Notes: generated from the letters alone by a model not told the origin. 63,840 bases of DNA, filler included, from Choristocarpus tenellus KU-1152 (GCA_964200185.2; 13 parts of 13 records of this genome joined end to end with filler, not necessarily neighbours in it); one strand, 5' to 3'. Positions 10,292 through 23,500 are shown, counted from the first letter of the whole stretch. Numbers and translations: made by a program.

Positions 10292-11546
10292 ATGTGGAGA
10301 AGGCTCACCCAACGACTGGGTAATCTTCGAAAGGATGATATCCTATACATGGACAACCATGTAAGGATAGGAGAGTGTAGAAATAGATTATGTTTCCCTC
10401 CCAAAACTGCATTGTACAGAAATCTGACTCAAACTCAATTGTCTTGAGGAGTGCACCATGCTAATTGCTAGATCACGCAGGTCCTTGGCATCAATAAGCC
10501 GAGTGGACTGCTCTCTCAGGGGGATAATACGAAAGATATTGATGTATTATCTATGGCAAGGGAGTATGTCGAGGTCACTTGCGGAAAGCCAGGCAAAGCA
10601 TTCCTTACTACAGTACACCGACTGGATCGCCCAGGTGGGTTGCATGTTGCCTGCTTTGGGGGTGAGTAAACTTTTCAGCGCTATCGACTGCGAGTTGATT
10701 GAGTAGTTGACTGAGGTGTTATATCGTTGCATAGCTAGTGCAGAGTCTGCTACTGTTGATGTGACTATTGCAACAACTTAGCTTCGTAGGGGTTTCTCCA
10801 ACAAGAAGCGATGAGGTAGAGGCCAACGACCTCCCATGCATGGTTGGCATGGCCACCCCACCCGCTTCCCCCCAGTCTCGGGAGTAATGTGCCTGGCCCG
10901 AACAAGCAAAGCGGCTGCCCGATTATCATCGAGTTTCCGCGGCCGAGAGGGCGTGGAGAAGACGTACTTTGCAGTGGTTGAGGGGCATCTCCAAGGTTGT
11001 GGGAGGAGGGAAGACCTTCTCTTACCCAGGGACAATGTCAGAGCTCGCACGAGGGTGCTCCCTCGAGAGCCTACACTTGAAGACCAACGAAAGACCCCAT
11101 GTAAGCCCTTGACAGGTTTGGACTGGAGTGAGAACCTTCCTTCGTTGGAGACTCCTGCTAGAGGAATAGGTCAGATGGGGGTGTTAGACTGGGAGGCTGT
11201 CTACAAGGCCTCTTCCCCTCGGCATAGTGGGGAGGGGTCAGTACAGACCCTGGTAAGAGTACGCCTCCATACGGGTCGTAAGCACCAGATTCGGGCACAG
11301 CTTTCTGCAATGGGGCACCCCATCATCGGTGATGTCCGCTATGGTGCCTCGTACTTTCTCAAGGACCATAGCATACTGCTGCATGCTAGCAATCTAGTGG
11401 TACCCCACCCTACGCGCCGTACCCCTCTTCACCTTGGGGCCCCACCACCGTTGTCATGGAAAGAGTCTTGTGCGCGTGACATATTTAGACATGTTGTGTG
11501 GGATCCAAAGCAGGGTGTGGTAGAAAGTCTTGAACCATCAGTATGA
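10292..11546 (+). CDS. RluA-family RNA pseudouridine synthase; exons 10292-10360, 10481-10634, 10876-11546 (297 aa if this ATG is the start)
   Basis: Spliced product has ILYMDNHVLGINKPSG, catalytic HRLDRPVSG (split by intron 2), KTYFAVVEG, TGRKHQIRAQLS, GHPIIGDVRYG and LLHA. Splice phases are consistent; total 894 nt. Confidence 0.93.
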
Positions 11547-11979
11547 ATTGTAAATAGAAAGTGAAACGAAAGAACTCCCAAAAGAAATAACTTGACTTGC
11601 AATCCCATTATCCCATTGCTACTTCACATAAAACTGTATTCTTGTATAGCAGTTAAGGTGAATAAACGAAGCTGCCACCTACTAGCAAGGCTGGATTTGG
11701 CACATGCAAGTATAGAGAGCAGTGTTCCATTTAGAGGATGACCTCACTTTGACATTTTGACAAATACTCAGCATGCTATTTTGCTTGCCTTGACTTCCAA
11801 CTACATTTGGCAAATTGTTGTCATTTCCAATGCTCAAGAGTTGGCACGAGAACTTGTTTTGGGCACCATCATGACCGCACCCTCATCCAATACAGTCTAA
11901 GGGTTTGATTCTTCTGATCTACCCTCAACTAGCATTGTTGGTGTTCAATCCTTTGTTCAGAAGTCAATTGGAGAGGGGA

Positions 11980-12460
11980 TTCAAAAGAATGGCTGTATGA
12001 TTGCGCCAGGAAGAGGTTACGTATGATATATTTATATATGTTGTAATTGTGACATTTGTGTGCTTTTGAGGACCTGTAGTGCTCACTAATGCAAACAATT
12101 ATGATTGAGCCTTCTCCATTTTTTGGTACTACAGTCCAAAAGAGACCCTTGCACATTTTTTCGGTGAGAAATAGCCTACTGACTCTGAGGCATCAACAAC
12201 AATATTCCCGGGTGTATCTGCACACCCAAGAGGTCCCTCTACCAATTGAGGGACAGGGAGAAATAGCTGATCGACTGCAAATAACAGAATTGAAACTAGG
12301 ATGCAAAGCAAACAGCTACTTTCAACTTGTGTTCCTATTCTTAATCCACCTGCTATTGGAGTCCACCAACCCAAAGCACCATGTATATCAGAGCTGATCT
12401 GTGTGGTGACTAGACACTTGGGTAGTGAACTGATACAATACCTTGTGAAATCCGACATTC
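11980..12460 (-). pseudogene. Possible degenerate LINE reverse-transcriptase remnant
   Basis: Weak, correctly ordered motifs on the minus strand: SDFTRY (like DFxKAF), GGLRIG...ILLFAVDQL (like GxRQGxPLSxxLF), GCAD (like YADD), YKYI (like YKYLG). Confidence 0.3.
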
Positions 12461-12709
12461 AAAAGTGACCCATGTTAACCTCTCTAATTACAAGCAGGAG
12501 ATGGAAGTATCAGCATAATTTCTCTCTTCGCCCAAAAAACAATATATATATATATGGCATCTACCTGATTGCAAGTATGATCAGCCCTATATTCAAACTG
12601 AGTCTAATAATTAGTGTTCCAAGCAAGATTTGAATACATGTCATGCACATATCAGGCAAAAGATAAACACAACAGGTTCCTGTTTGTGCACTTGGAATAT
12701 CGGGGCACC

Positions 12710-15081
12710 TCATTCACCACACTCTGTGTTCAGGAGCGGAGTAAGGAGATCACCTTCCCTGCCACTACTGAGGTGTGGACTTGGATTGACCCCAGTAGCT
12801 TCCACATTTCCCTGGCTCCTGCCATTCCTACCAAGTGCGCAGGCTGTTGCAGTTACAGCAAGGCCAAGCTTGGACAGGATTATACCAAGGCCAACATCCT
12901 CCCCAAAAAAGGCATCAAGGAAAAGGTCAAATGTTTCTTCCCATGCCCATCCCACCATAAGACTCACCCCACCCACTGCCACCAACATGCGCCTCCTGTA
13001 AAACCTGACTCCGGGGTTTGGGGAAGCATCATACTGGGTGGGGGCAGTGCGGTCCAATCCATCTGCACCACGGATCATAACGCATGTACCAAGCACGGTA
13101 CACAACATGGCGTAGATGAAAGCACCAATGACTGGGCCGTATCGAAATTCTAGCTCCTCCTGACGGAATTCAACCTGTCCCCACATGTTGTATGCCCAGC
13201 CTACCATCATACCGACTGTCAGTTGCCCATACAACAGCATTGCACGACTAATGCCCCCAAAGCGAGTGATACAATTTCCTCTTGTGGAATGATCCAGTTG
13301 AAATGTCCGATCATAGACATCTTGAGGTGAAAGGGAAGATGATGAGGCAATCGTCTGTTCACACTCTGTTCCCCAGTGCTCAACAAGGATATCTCCAACG
13401 CCATTGCTTGGGCGACCCTCTGCTTTGCTGTCGCCAGACCTAGGGCCCTTAATCATGTCTTCATCATCCCCCTCAGCGAGGGCAATGGCAGACAAGGGTG
13501 TTTTCACCTCTCTGTGAAGTAGCATGTTGCTGCTTCCATCAACTGTGCCAGTGAAAAAACGAGTGGCAACTAATGTACAAAGAAAGGCGTAGGGAAGAAG
13601 GAGGAGTGATGATGACAGGTGGATAACATCATCTCCGTCTTCACCCCCTTGTGTGAAAGGGGGGCTGCGGTAACTGCTCCGATAGAAGAAGCCATACAGG
13701 CCAATATGGACAGTCTGGGTGATGAGCCAACTGCGAATGTGGGGGAAGGGCAGACAACGATTCTGGAAGTAGGCAGGAGGCCAGTTTCTGATGGAGGAAG
13801 GAAAAACAATAATGCGTAACATACCCTACTATGGAGCAATAGTTTTGACGTCATTTCCAAAAGAGGGGAACGAGTGGATTTAAGTCACAAATTCTCTGGT
13901 GCCAACACTCAGAGGATTTTGTATGCAAACAAAATCAATTGAGCAGCTGAGTATTCTATTCCATTCAGTACACTCAACCTTGTGGGGATGGCGAAACTCC
14001 CTGCTGCAAACTCATTTGCAGTTCCCTCAAACGAGAGGGGCCACGATAACCACTCGCGGGAGGCAGCACCAGCAACCATAGCCGTCAGACCAATTATTGT
14101 CACCAGCACCACATAAGTCGCAGCGGTTAAGGCCGTCACGCCAAACATCTGTTGGCATAGGGATAGGCAGACCTGAGGAATTCTATTTTTTCTTGAACCT
14201 CGACCGTCAAAACAAGAGATCCACGTGGCACAATACAGGGCAAGAATCGACGTTCTGAACTCGGTCATGTTGCAACGTAAACTGCAGCTCGAAACTTGGC
14301 ATATATACTACTCTAGAGTAAGATAAGGCACAAAACATATAAATATCAGCATGTTCGGTCAATGGTCTCAATTTGTTGGCACCTGGGACAGGAGTTCGTC
14401 AGCAACATTGACCCAGGCGAAGCCCACCACATCGGTTGAGAGCTCGCAGAGGAATCCCAAGGCCTCAGATTCACGGTAGAAATACAAAAGGAGGTTTGAG
14501 GCACTCTGCAAGGACACCGCATATGCGAACACACTGGACAGTCGGATGGGGGCGTGCGTGTCGGCATTCCCAAGCACTCCCTCCAGTAGTAGCCAGAATA
14601 TCTGTATTATACCGAGGTGTGGCCCAGGGTCAGAAGGATAGTTACGACTTTCAAACGAGGTGACCCCGGTTACTTCTATTGCTGGGGTGAAGATAATGAG
14701 AACAGAGGGATGGTGTAACAGAGGATACCAAGACCACCTACAGGAAATCTTGGCTTGAGGTCATCGAGACAAGACGAGACCGAGGCTCATTTACAATTTC
14801 CTATCCCCCACCCGCTACCCCCATCCCCGAAATAATAGGAAATAGACACGAACCCCCCATGGAAGTGTAATCTCCTTGAGGTTATACAGGGAGGTAGGAA
14901 GGTAGGTAGATAACCAAGAACAAGATGAGATACCTCAGCCCTTGGCAGAATTGGCAGAACTAGACAATCATACCTGGGACCAAGCAATGCCGACGAATAT
15001 GTTCAACCATCTGTGAGAGAGAGCCCCCAAGAAGAGTTTGGAGAGCTTCACATGCCTCCTTCCCTTCCTCGCTAACTCCAT
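12710..15081 (-). CDS. Uncharacterised multipass membrane protein; exons approx. 15081-14974, (14874-~14820, uncertain), 14601-14383, 14172-13979, 13787-12710
   Basis: ATG at 15081 (MELARKGRRHVKLSKLFLGALSHRWLNIFVGIAWSQ|GT); exons 3-5 splice in phase; multiple hydrophobic helices; recurring VG[IFW]A[WY] motif. The exon 2 phase could not be resolved. Confidence 0.75.
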
Positions 15082-15429
15082 AAACTCATCGATTTATATG
15101 CGATCTTGAGTATTTTGTGTAAGTTAACAAAAAAGTGTTACTCCAGGAACGTTCCTTAGTTGAATGATATCAATCAATATATGAATTGTAAAAGTATGGA
15201 TGGCATTTTATTTTCTTACCCATTTCGAATTTCAAATATCCATTTTGTTTTTTGTAATTTTCCCTTCTCTATCTTCTTGTTTTGTTGATTGTACATACAT
15301 CTACCTTCTCAGTTATGGTCTCAGAATGTCGCGCAGTCCAGCGCGCAACGTGTCATCAACAACACGAAACATCAACACCTATTCTGGCTTGTGTAGGCGT
15401 AAGGCTGCGGGTAAGGGGGTTATTACAAC
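15082..15429. promoter_or_regulatory. Putative bidirectional promoter / shared 5' region
   Basis: 348 bp, largely AT-rich, between the divergent start codons of the membrane protein and DUF760 genes. Confidence 0.45.
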
Positions 15430-17263
15430 ATGGGATTGACTGTGGAGAAAGCATTGGCTGTTCTCCTTGCCGTCTCCTATTCAGGGGACGCTTTCTTATC
15501 GTGTACGGTGCGTTACGATATTGGTGGTGTCCACAATGCCCCATCCCCTTTGACCTCACCTCACCACCTGGTCTCCATCATTTTATTCCTTGTGCCCGTG
15601 TTATATTTTAGCTGTATTGTGTTTTAACATAGTATTCATTGTTCTTGCTCGTTTTTGTTGCAGAACAAACACTACCGGCTACATGGAGGGTTGGTAAATC
15701 AGGTATCAAGCCGGCGTATTGCATTAGCAAGGAGCATTCAGGGAGCACGGGTCCTTGAGCGGAGATTTATGGCGTCGATTATCCCGGACAACGCCGGCGA
15801 CGGAGAGGATGGTGATGCCAAGGAGGGGCGCAGAGATGATGATAGTAGCAAGGGCAAAGATGGACCACTTGGAATGGGGGAGAGCGTGGACCCCAATTTT
15901 GGCATGGCGCAACTCCAGAAAGGGGATAGCCTCCCACTGTCGTTCCGAAGCGATGAGGGATCGAGGGATTCAGAATTCTATCTGTTCGATGAGGAATCGT
16001 CGAACCCCTACTTCGACGTTGTCAGTCGACTCTCCCCTACAGAGCTGATAGGGCGCTTCATGCGATCATCCCCTCCTATGGTCCAGAATGCTGTACGAAC
16101 AACTGTCCTGGGACTTCTGGGATCTCTTCCGAGGCATGCCTTCGAGACAACAGCAATAGCCACTGGGGATGCTCTTGCAAACCTTATGTTCCAGCTGCAG
16201 ATGACGGGGTATATGTTCAAGAACGCAGAATATCGACTTTCCATTCAATCTTCTGTGGAGCAAGCACTACCTGGTGGTGAGTGGTAAGCGACTGAGTGTA
16301 GACGAGGGAGGGCGATTTTTTTGTAATCGGTTATGTGGTGGGCTCTGTTCTAACACTCAATCCATACATTCACGCAATGTTTTTTTTGGGGGTTTTGCAA
16401 CACCTTACGAACTGTTACTGTGCCGAAAGACGACCTTACGCTGATACTCCCCGCCATCCCTGCATCCACACAATTTCCCAACCGAAAGGATCCTATCTTC
16501 CGGTTTGTCAGGGTGAGATAACGAGGGAATCCGCTATTGGCTCTGGTGTAGGAGATTTTGGCGTAGACGGGTCCAAGAAACCCAAGATTTCAGGGAAAAT
16601 TCGACTAACGTTTGATGCTGGACAAGAGACGGAGCGAGAGATGGAGGTTGATGCTGATGCCTACATGTCGGAGCTTCGGGGGCAGGTATGGCTGATCGTT
16701 TGGTTCAACAGTGTGTCAGTGATGAACGTGATTAGACTCTTGATGGTTTGGTTGAGCACGAGCTTCCCCTGCTAACCACGTACCCAATCTTCTCTCCTTC
16801 CCTGGCGCGGCTTTGTAAGATTTGTGATTTGTGATTTGTGATTTGTGTACCAACCTAGCTGTACTGTGCGTCAAGGATCACCTGTAGGATTCATATTTAG
16901 AATAGATACTTTAGAAGCGCACTCGGTGCTAGGCAAAACTATTTGTTGCACCTGAGGTCATTTTAATCGGTATTTTGTAAGGGAGAAAAAAAATAATCAG
17001 GATAGCCTTTTGAAACTGCTTCTTTGGCGCATCCTAAAAAAGAATAAACAAATATAAAGGTTCAACTACACAAGCGAACCAGGCCCTGGCAATGCAGTGT
17101 TTGTATGTTAATTCTACAGCAACAACTGAGGCATCCCATACATACCAGGACTCTTGCAGTCACTCCCTCACTCACTGCCGCCTGCCGAATGATGCCTTTC
17201 TCATGGTTCCATTTTTTTTGCTTCCATTTTTTTGTTCGAACTATTCTCCTTCATTTCCCTTCC

Positions 17264-17297
<34 letters not shown>

Positions 17298-18407
17298 AGG
17301 ATGTGAGTCGATCCGTTTGGATGAGAACAGACACTTGGCATTTATTTATTTTTTTCTGGTGATGTTGATGTTCGTCATGTTGGTGGCAGGCATCTCCTTT
17401 TCTTGACTGGCCCCCCCTCTTCGACTATGTTTTACGTATTTATTTATTTGTTTTTCTTGTCAATTTTTTCTTTTTTTCTTTGTGTTTGTTATGTTGAGAA
17501 TAGTTTTTTTTAGTAGTGTTTTACTACTTTCACTCCATCCTTTTATTTATGATAATGGTAATAATAATAATATTAATAAATATTATTATTCTGAACTAGT
17601 GTTTTACTGCTACCACTCTGTCTACCTTTTGACCGCAGGTATTGGACCCCTCAGACTAACGTGAAGAGCATTAGCAATGCTGGGATTCACCGGTCGTCCC
17701 CCTTTTCACCTTGGCACTCTCCCTATGACAAGTCAAATGCCTTCTCCTATCCGCTGTGCATTCCTTCCCCTCCCCTCCCCTCCCCTCCCCTCCCCTCCCC
17801 TTCACATATGCAATTATATGCGCACCTCTTGCTGGTGTCCCCGGTGCTGCCCTTGCCCTTATTGATCATACAGGTGGAACAGCTTGAGACCCAGCTTTTG
17901 GCTATCCACCAGAAAGAGCAAGAGGCAGTAGAGAACGACCTCCTCCTCTACATCAAGTCCATGCCTGAGGTTCAGCTGAAGGTAGGTGCCCCTGCACCCC
18001 CCTTTAACTTTGCATGATGTATGTATGTATGTATGTGACTCCGTTTCCTGAGTTTGGGGGGGTTATCTTCAGTTGGGTTGATTGCCCTCTTTGTCCTGTT
18101 TCCTGTGATGTGTTTTTGTGTGTTACGTGTTGTGTGTTACGTGTTACGTGTTACGTGTTTTGTGTTGTGTGCTTGCAGTCAGAGTGCACTGGCTCCTCAC
18201 ATTGTTCACTTTTTTTTTCCTGATTTTGTAATTAATATTTTTTGTCACAATTCTCTTAAAAAGCAAGATAATGATCCATGCCTACCAATTCGTACGAGAA
18301 CCGTTGCTTGTAAGTCCATGTGGACTCCGTGTTGTAGCGGCGGTCCGGAGAGTACAAACGCTTCCTTTCACACGTACTTCGATACTCAGAATTTTGTTCT
18401 TCTAAGG

Positions 18408-18457
<50 letters not shown>

Positions 18458-20510
18458 TTATGCTGTTTCCTCCAATCCTTGAACCACAGGCACATATGCT
18501 CGTCCATTTTTTTCAATTTCCACTTTTGTCATTGTTTGCTTGTTAGGCCGTTCGACGGACCCGCCTTCCTGTTTTTTTTTGTTGTTGAAGTGTTGCCGTA
18601 ACCTCTAGTGCCGTGATGTTGTCTGTCTGCCCCCCGGTTACTGCTTGCCGTCGTCAGGGACTGACTACAAACGTTAGCCCGGAGGTTCTGGAGTCAATGC
18701 GACTGCTGGTCCAAACTGTGCTGGGAGGTTCGGGAAATGGGTGAGGGTCCGTCTTTCTTACTTGTCCAGCCAGTTTTGCATGTAATCCGTCTTTCTTGAG
18801 GAGATTGCCCGGTTCCATTTTTTCTAGTTTTAGACAAAAAATAATCCATAGCAATCGTTAATTTTAAAAAGTTTTTTCAAAAAAACTCCCTTTTCGTTCG
18901 GACACTAGGTAATTATAGTTTGTAAGGTTTTTTAGAGTATAATAAATTTTACCCATCTCTCAAAGCAACCGATTTAATATCTATACGTTTGAAAAAAAAA
19001 CCAAAAAAAAGTTTTAATGAAATATTTAGAAAAAATAAAAGGTTTTGAAAAAAAAAAGAAGGAATAACGGGGGTCTGTGTCTACTTTAGAGGAGGATTCT
19101 TGTTATAACGGTAAGAACCTGTTGATATATATTAAAAAAAAAGAATATCCCCGTCTGGTATTTCTTTGTTTTTTTACTCAGGTTGAGTGTGTCGAATGAT
19201 ACGAGCGCGCGTGCCTACTTTATTAATAAAAATAAAAATAAAACATGCAACTGATTGGGTATGTTTCCCTTCCGAGCTGAAGAGGGGTAGGTCACGGTGT
19301 GCACTTGAAGGGATGAGGACGAGGATGACATTTGGTGCCCACCATGGTACTGTGCATGTAGGGTATTTGCACTGTTGAAGGGAAGGAAGATTGCACTCGT
19401 TGGTACTAGGGCAGCATGATGGCTCTGTGGCACAAGAAGGCGAGCCCTGCGACCGGTTGGGAGGGGAAAGGCGCAATTGCACTCACTCGTACGCGCGCCA
19501 TGCACACACACCTTGGGATTATTTTTTTTTGTAGTGAAACATGTTTCTGGCAGAATGATATAACGTAACACTTTGATTTTTTTTTCACTTATTTTGAGAA
19601 AGTGGCTGTTAGGGTTTTAGGGTTAGGGTTGCATTAGGGTTGCGTTAGGGTTGACTGTGACACAACGATGAGGTAACACTTGAAAAAAATTTCCACTTAT
19701 TTTGATAAGTAGCTGTTACTCTAGGGTTAGGGTTGCATTAGGGTTGACTGTGACGCAACGATAAGGTAACACTTGAAAAAAATTTCCACTTATTTTGATA
19801 AGTAACTGTTACTCTAGGGTTAGGGTCGGGGTCGATTGTCAGCGTTCAGAGGGGTTAGGGTTCATCTCCACAAATAATCCAACACTTGGTGGAGGTCCAA
19901 ACCCAAAGGGCAGCGCTCTAAAACCAAGTAAAGTGGTTTGACCAATGGAAACGTTTTGTAAAGGGTTTCCTGAGGATCCAAGTTTTGTTGACTTTATTGA
20001 CGTTACTCCTGACTCTTACATTAAAACCTCAGAAAAGTATCGACCGCACTAGTAAGAGGGTGCAAGAACGAAGCGCACCGTGTGTAGTCTGATTATTCAA
20101 GAGCAGACTGTGTGTCAAGCTTCGATACATGTCAAGGGTCATGGTTTTGTATACTAGAGGGGAGGGTAAAGTCCTCCATGATACGCAGTCATAATATTTT
20201 GGAGCTGATAGGTTTTTCGTATAGAAAACCTTAGTAGTACCTTACAACCTCTCTTCCCATTCTTTGTCGCCGACAGCCTTGCCTACATCCACTTGAGCCC
20301 TCTCCCCCCTGCCCCACACTACGCTGCCCTAAATCCCTTAACTTGGATGGTTTTTCCAGTGAAAAAATCTTAGGAGAGACACTTACACAGCAAACCGGTT
20401 CGGCCATGGGACAGCTGTGTATGTGGCAGCTTGTGGTAGGATATAGCCTGAGAGAAATGGAGGCAAGAGAGGACTTGCTCAAGACTTTTCAAAAGTCTAG
20501 TGAGGAATGA
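15430..20510 (+). CDS. Plastid-targeted DUF760 protein (two DUF760 domains); exons 15430-15507, 15664-16276, 16489-16685, 17874-17981, 18658-18740, 20360-20510 (409 aa)
   Basis: All phases consistent (1230 nt). Domain 1: VLGLLGSLP..AFETT...LANLMFQLQMTGYMFKNAEYRLS. Domain 2: NDLLLYIKSM...SPEVLESM...QLCMWQLVVGYSLREMEAR. N-terminal signal peptide ending GDA-FL (ASAFAP-like). Confidence 0.93.
19565..19862. repeat. Minisatellite (~93-108 bp unit, ~2.7 copies) with embedded TTAGGG telomere-like motifs, in the last DUF760 intron
   Basis: GTAACACT unit starts at 19565, 19673 and 19766; each unit carries (T)TAGGGTTAGGG, and the first two also GCATTAGGG. Confidence 0.9.
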
Positions 20511-23500
20511 GTGACATCTGGTCAATTTTGACTATGTCGTTGATTTTTTTACTGTGCATGGAAATAATGATACTGTGGTATGATGTTGGGGTGCTTTTTA
20601 TCTCTTGGGGGGGGGGGGGGGGGGGGGGGGGGCGTGAGGGAGGTTTGAATGTTAGCAAAGGGGCCCAGTAATCTGTTATCATTTGGGCAAGAGTGTGTGG
20701 TTTATAGATCTTGTGGTAAGGAGACAGTTGGAAGATAAAGTGTTGTTGTGAGGACTGGGTGTTAGTGAGTTCGTGAAGGAAGGACAGAGCTGTATGGGAA
20801 GATCTGGTAGCAAAAGCTTGGTGGATGGAGGCTCGTGGGTGGTCCTTGAAAGAAGAGGTTCTCGGAGACAGGGCATATCTTTTTTTTTATTGTAGATATT
20901 AATAGAACTAAAGATACACACTGGTACAACTGGAGACCAAGTTGAAAGTAGAAGGCGAAGGTGGGTGGACACACTACAGGAATTTTAATTTCAAGTATTA
21001 TGTGTATGTACTTGATATCTGCAATTGGGTTATCTTCATGTGGAATGTATTGTTAACTTGTGAGTTCAATGTGCAAATTGTGGTGATGTCCTGTACACTA
21101 TTCCCCTACCTTGCTTGTTGCTCCATCTTGAAGTTTTTGGAGGAAGTTGACTAAAAAAGAACCAGGGAGGCGTTGGGTAAAGTAGATCCTAGGAGATCCC
21201 GTGGTAACAACAGGGCAAGGGAAAATCCGTTCTCCAGTGTGGTCCTGTCTATTGCTGTCATGACCCTTTCACTCAGATTGACAATTAGGAAAATAAAAGC
21301 TCTCTCAAGTATTAATCTGAAGCAAATCATACCTTCACAGATGGACACCACTACAAAGTGGAGGGAGCTCTGAGGAACAGTTTTTTTTTTTTAATGTTTA
21401 CATGTTTATTGAGACACATCGGGTCTTTCTGCTACGACTTTATTTTGTATTGTACTAGAGGTCTGTGCGGTAATATGAGAGTGGGAGTTTAACGTTTTCT
21501 TCTGATAGTTAACTGTGAAAGATTGCTGAAACTAGTGAGGGGCAGAGTGCAGCAAATTCGTCTTCAGGCATGAAATGTAATTCCACCCTCCCTCCCCAAC
21601 ACCACCACCATATCTTGGGAAGACTTAATTATGTAGTAGTAGCCATCATATCACACGAATTAGTGGATACTTGTAACTGTTGTTTGAACACCCACAAAGG
21701 AGCAGTACCTGTGCGATTTCAAAGTTCCTGTACTCTGATTCATAGGAATACAATTGCTGCTTATGATATCAGCAAGTGGATCAGGTTATCGTCATGTGTG
21801 TTTTTCAGAAATATATGAGGCACAGGCTACTTTACTACATAGATTAACATACATTTGTTTCCTTGGTGCAGAGGAGTGGGAATTCCATTAATAATTTGTC
21901 CATAATGACTGCAATTACAATTAGTATATTGTATTTCCGTAGAGACACAATGGCAAGCAAGAATTACACTTATCGATCCCCTCCTTAGACATAATACCCT
22001 GCCCACTTCCTGTAACAAACCTGTTTTTCAACCCCTACTAGCACCTTTTTAATACACTGTACCACTAAAATAGTTCCTACCCCTATACCACCCAAGTATA
22101 TTGCAGGAAGGCAGGGCAAACCACTCACCCACACAAATATACCATGCACACACTAACACGGCCTTAACACGTAACGCACACATACACTGCACCAGCCACT
22201 CATCACTACATATATAAGAACAGTCAGGCATACAATAAACCAATCACTACACAAGAAAGCTTGCATTGAACGTGAGTGCAGACACTACAGGAACAGATAC
22301 AACAAAGGGTGTCCTGGTAATGTGACTTCCAGTGACCTCTGCTTATCATATGCTGTAATTAAGAAAAAAAGGTTCAGTCTGCAAGACACACAAAGAGAAG
22401 AGGGCCAAAATATGAATAGCTACCCTCAACTTCTCACCCCATTACACACACACCCGTATTACTCCTTCATGTAAGGATATGGACAGGCGTTGCCACCTCA
22501 CATGCTTGTTGCAAAAGCTCTCTTGCCTACACCAGGTGGCTACTACTTCACCATGCTGGTTGTTGCTGTGTGCTTGTATAAAACACCCCTAGAATAATAA
22601 AAAAAATCATGCACGGCATACAGAGGCACACACAATGATAACACTAGAGAGCAAATGGGCTATGGGCTACTATTATGTCAAGAGTCAAAAGGCGGCCATC
22701 TCCGTCCTCCTCTCCTCTCCCCTACTTGACACCTCCACTGCATTTCACTGTACCAAAAAATATCCAAGACCACGGCTTGGCGAATTGCTAGCAACCTGAG
22801 AAAACTGCAATGGCTACCCTGCCAGCTTGTCATGCTGCTGACCAGCATTCAGTTTAGGGTCTGTTTTCAGGTGGGCTGTCAGCTACTCGGTAAAGTGGTA
22901 CGATACGTACAATTTCCGGTATAAGCAACTGGACATAATACCACCTTTTCTTTCTTGCGGTGATAATGTACTGCCGACTAAAACCCCAACCCTATCTTGA
23001 ACGCATGGATGTAGGTAGGATGTGAAACCAAGGAGTGGCACAAATGTATGTGAGCGGCGCATGTCATCACTTGAAACAGAATCTTTATTCGAAAGGAGTA
23101 CAAATAAAAATGAACAATAAAGCGTGATACATAAGTCTCCCTTTTATTTTATTTTATTTTAACCTTCCTTTTTTACCATTGCCCACCACACGCAACGCAA
23201 GGTTAAAACAAAACGCAATACAAATACACCTTACACAAAAAATAGTACAAATATCAAGAGCTTAATATTTTATTACACAGGGTAGATAGCAAGGTGAATG
23301 TAGCGAGGGGGGAGGGGGGNNNNNNNNNNNNNNNNNNNNNNNNNNNNNNNNNNNNNNNNNNNNTTAATTAATTAANNNNNNNNNNNNNNNNNNNNNNNNN
23401 NNNNNNNNNNNNNNNNNNNGATTGCGCTGGAATATTTTGCCTGTATGTGTGATGAGGTGGGGTGGGGGGTGGGGGGGGGGGAGAGAGACATTTCTCTTTT

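Noticed and set aside
12614-13153. 179-aa plus-strand ORF and similar overlapping ORFs (42567-43163, 43651-43932, 16008-16244)
   Set aside because: Antisense or off-frame shadows of real exons; no motifs.
19609-19862. True telomere / chromosome end
   Set aside because: It lies inside the last intron of a complete gene and the hexamers are interrupted by long spacers.
20520-21400. LINE ORF2 remnant downstream of DUF760
   Set aside because: The composition is suggestive but no convincing ordered RT or endonuclease motifs could be read.
22475-22993. Minus-strand exon-like segments (e.g. GWGFSRQYIITARKKRWYYVQLLIPEI)
   Set aside because: Splice phases could not be reconciled and no family was recognised; may still be a real gene fragment.
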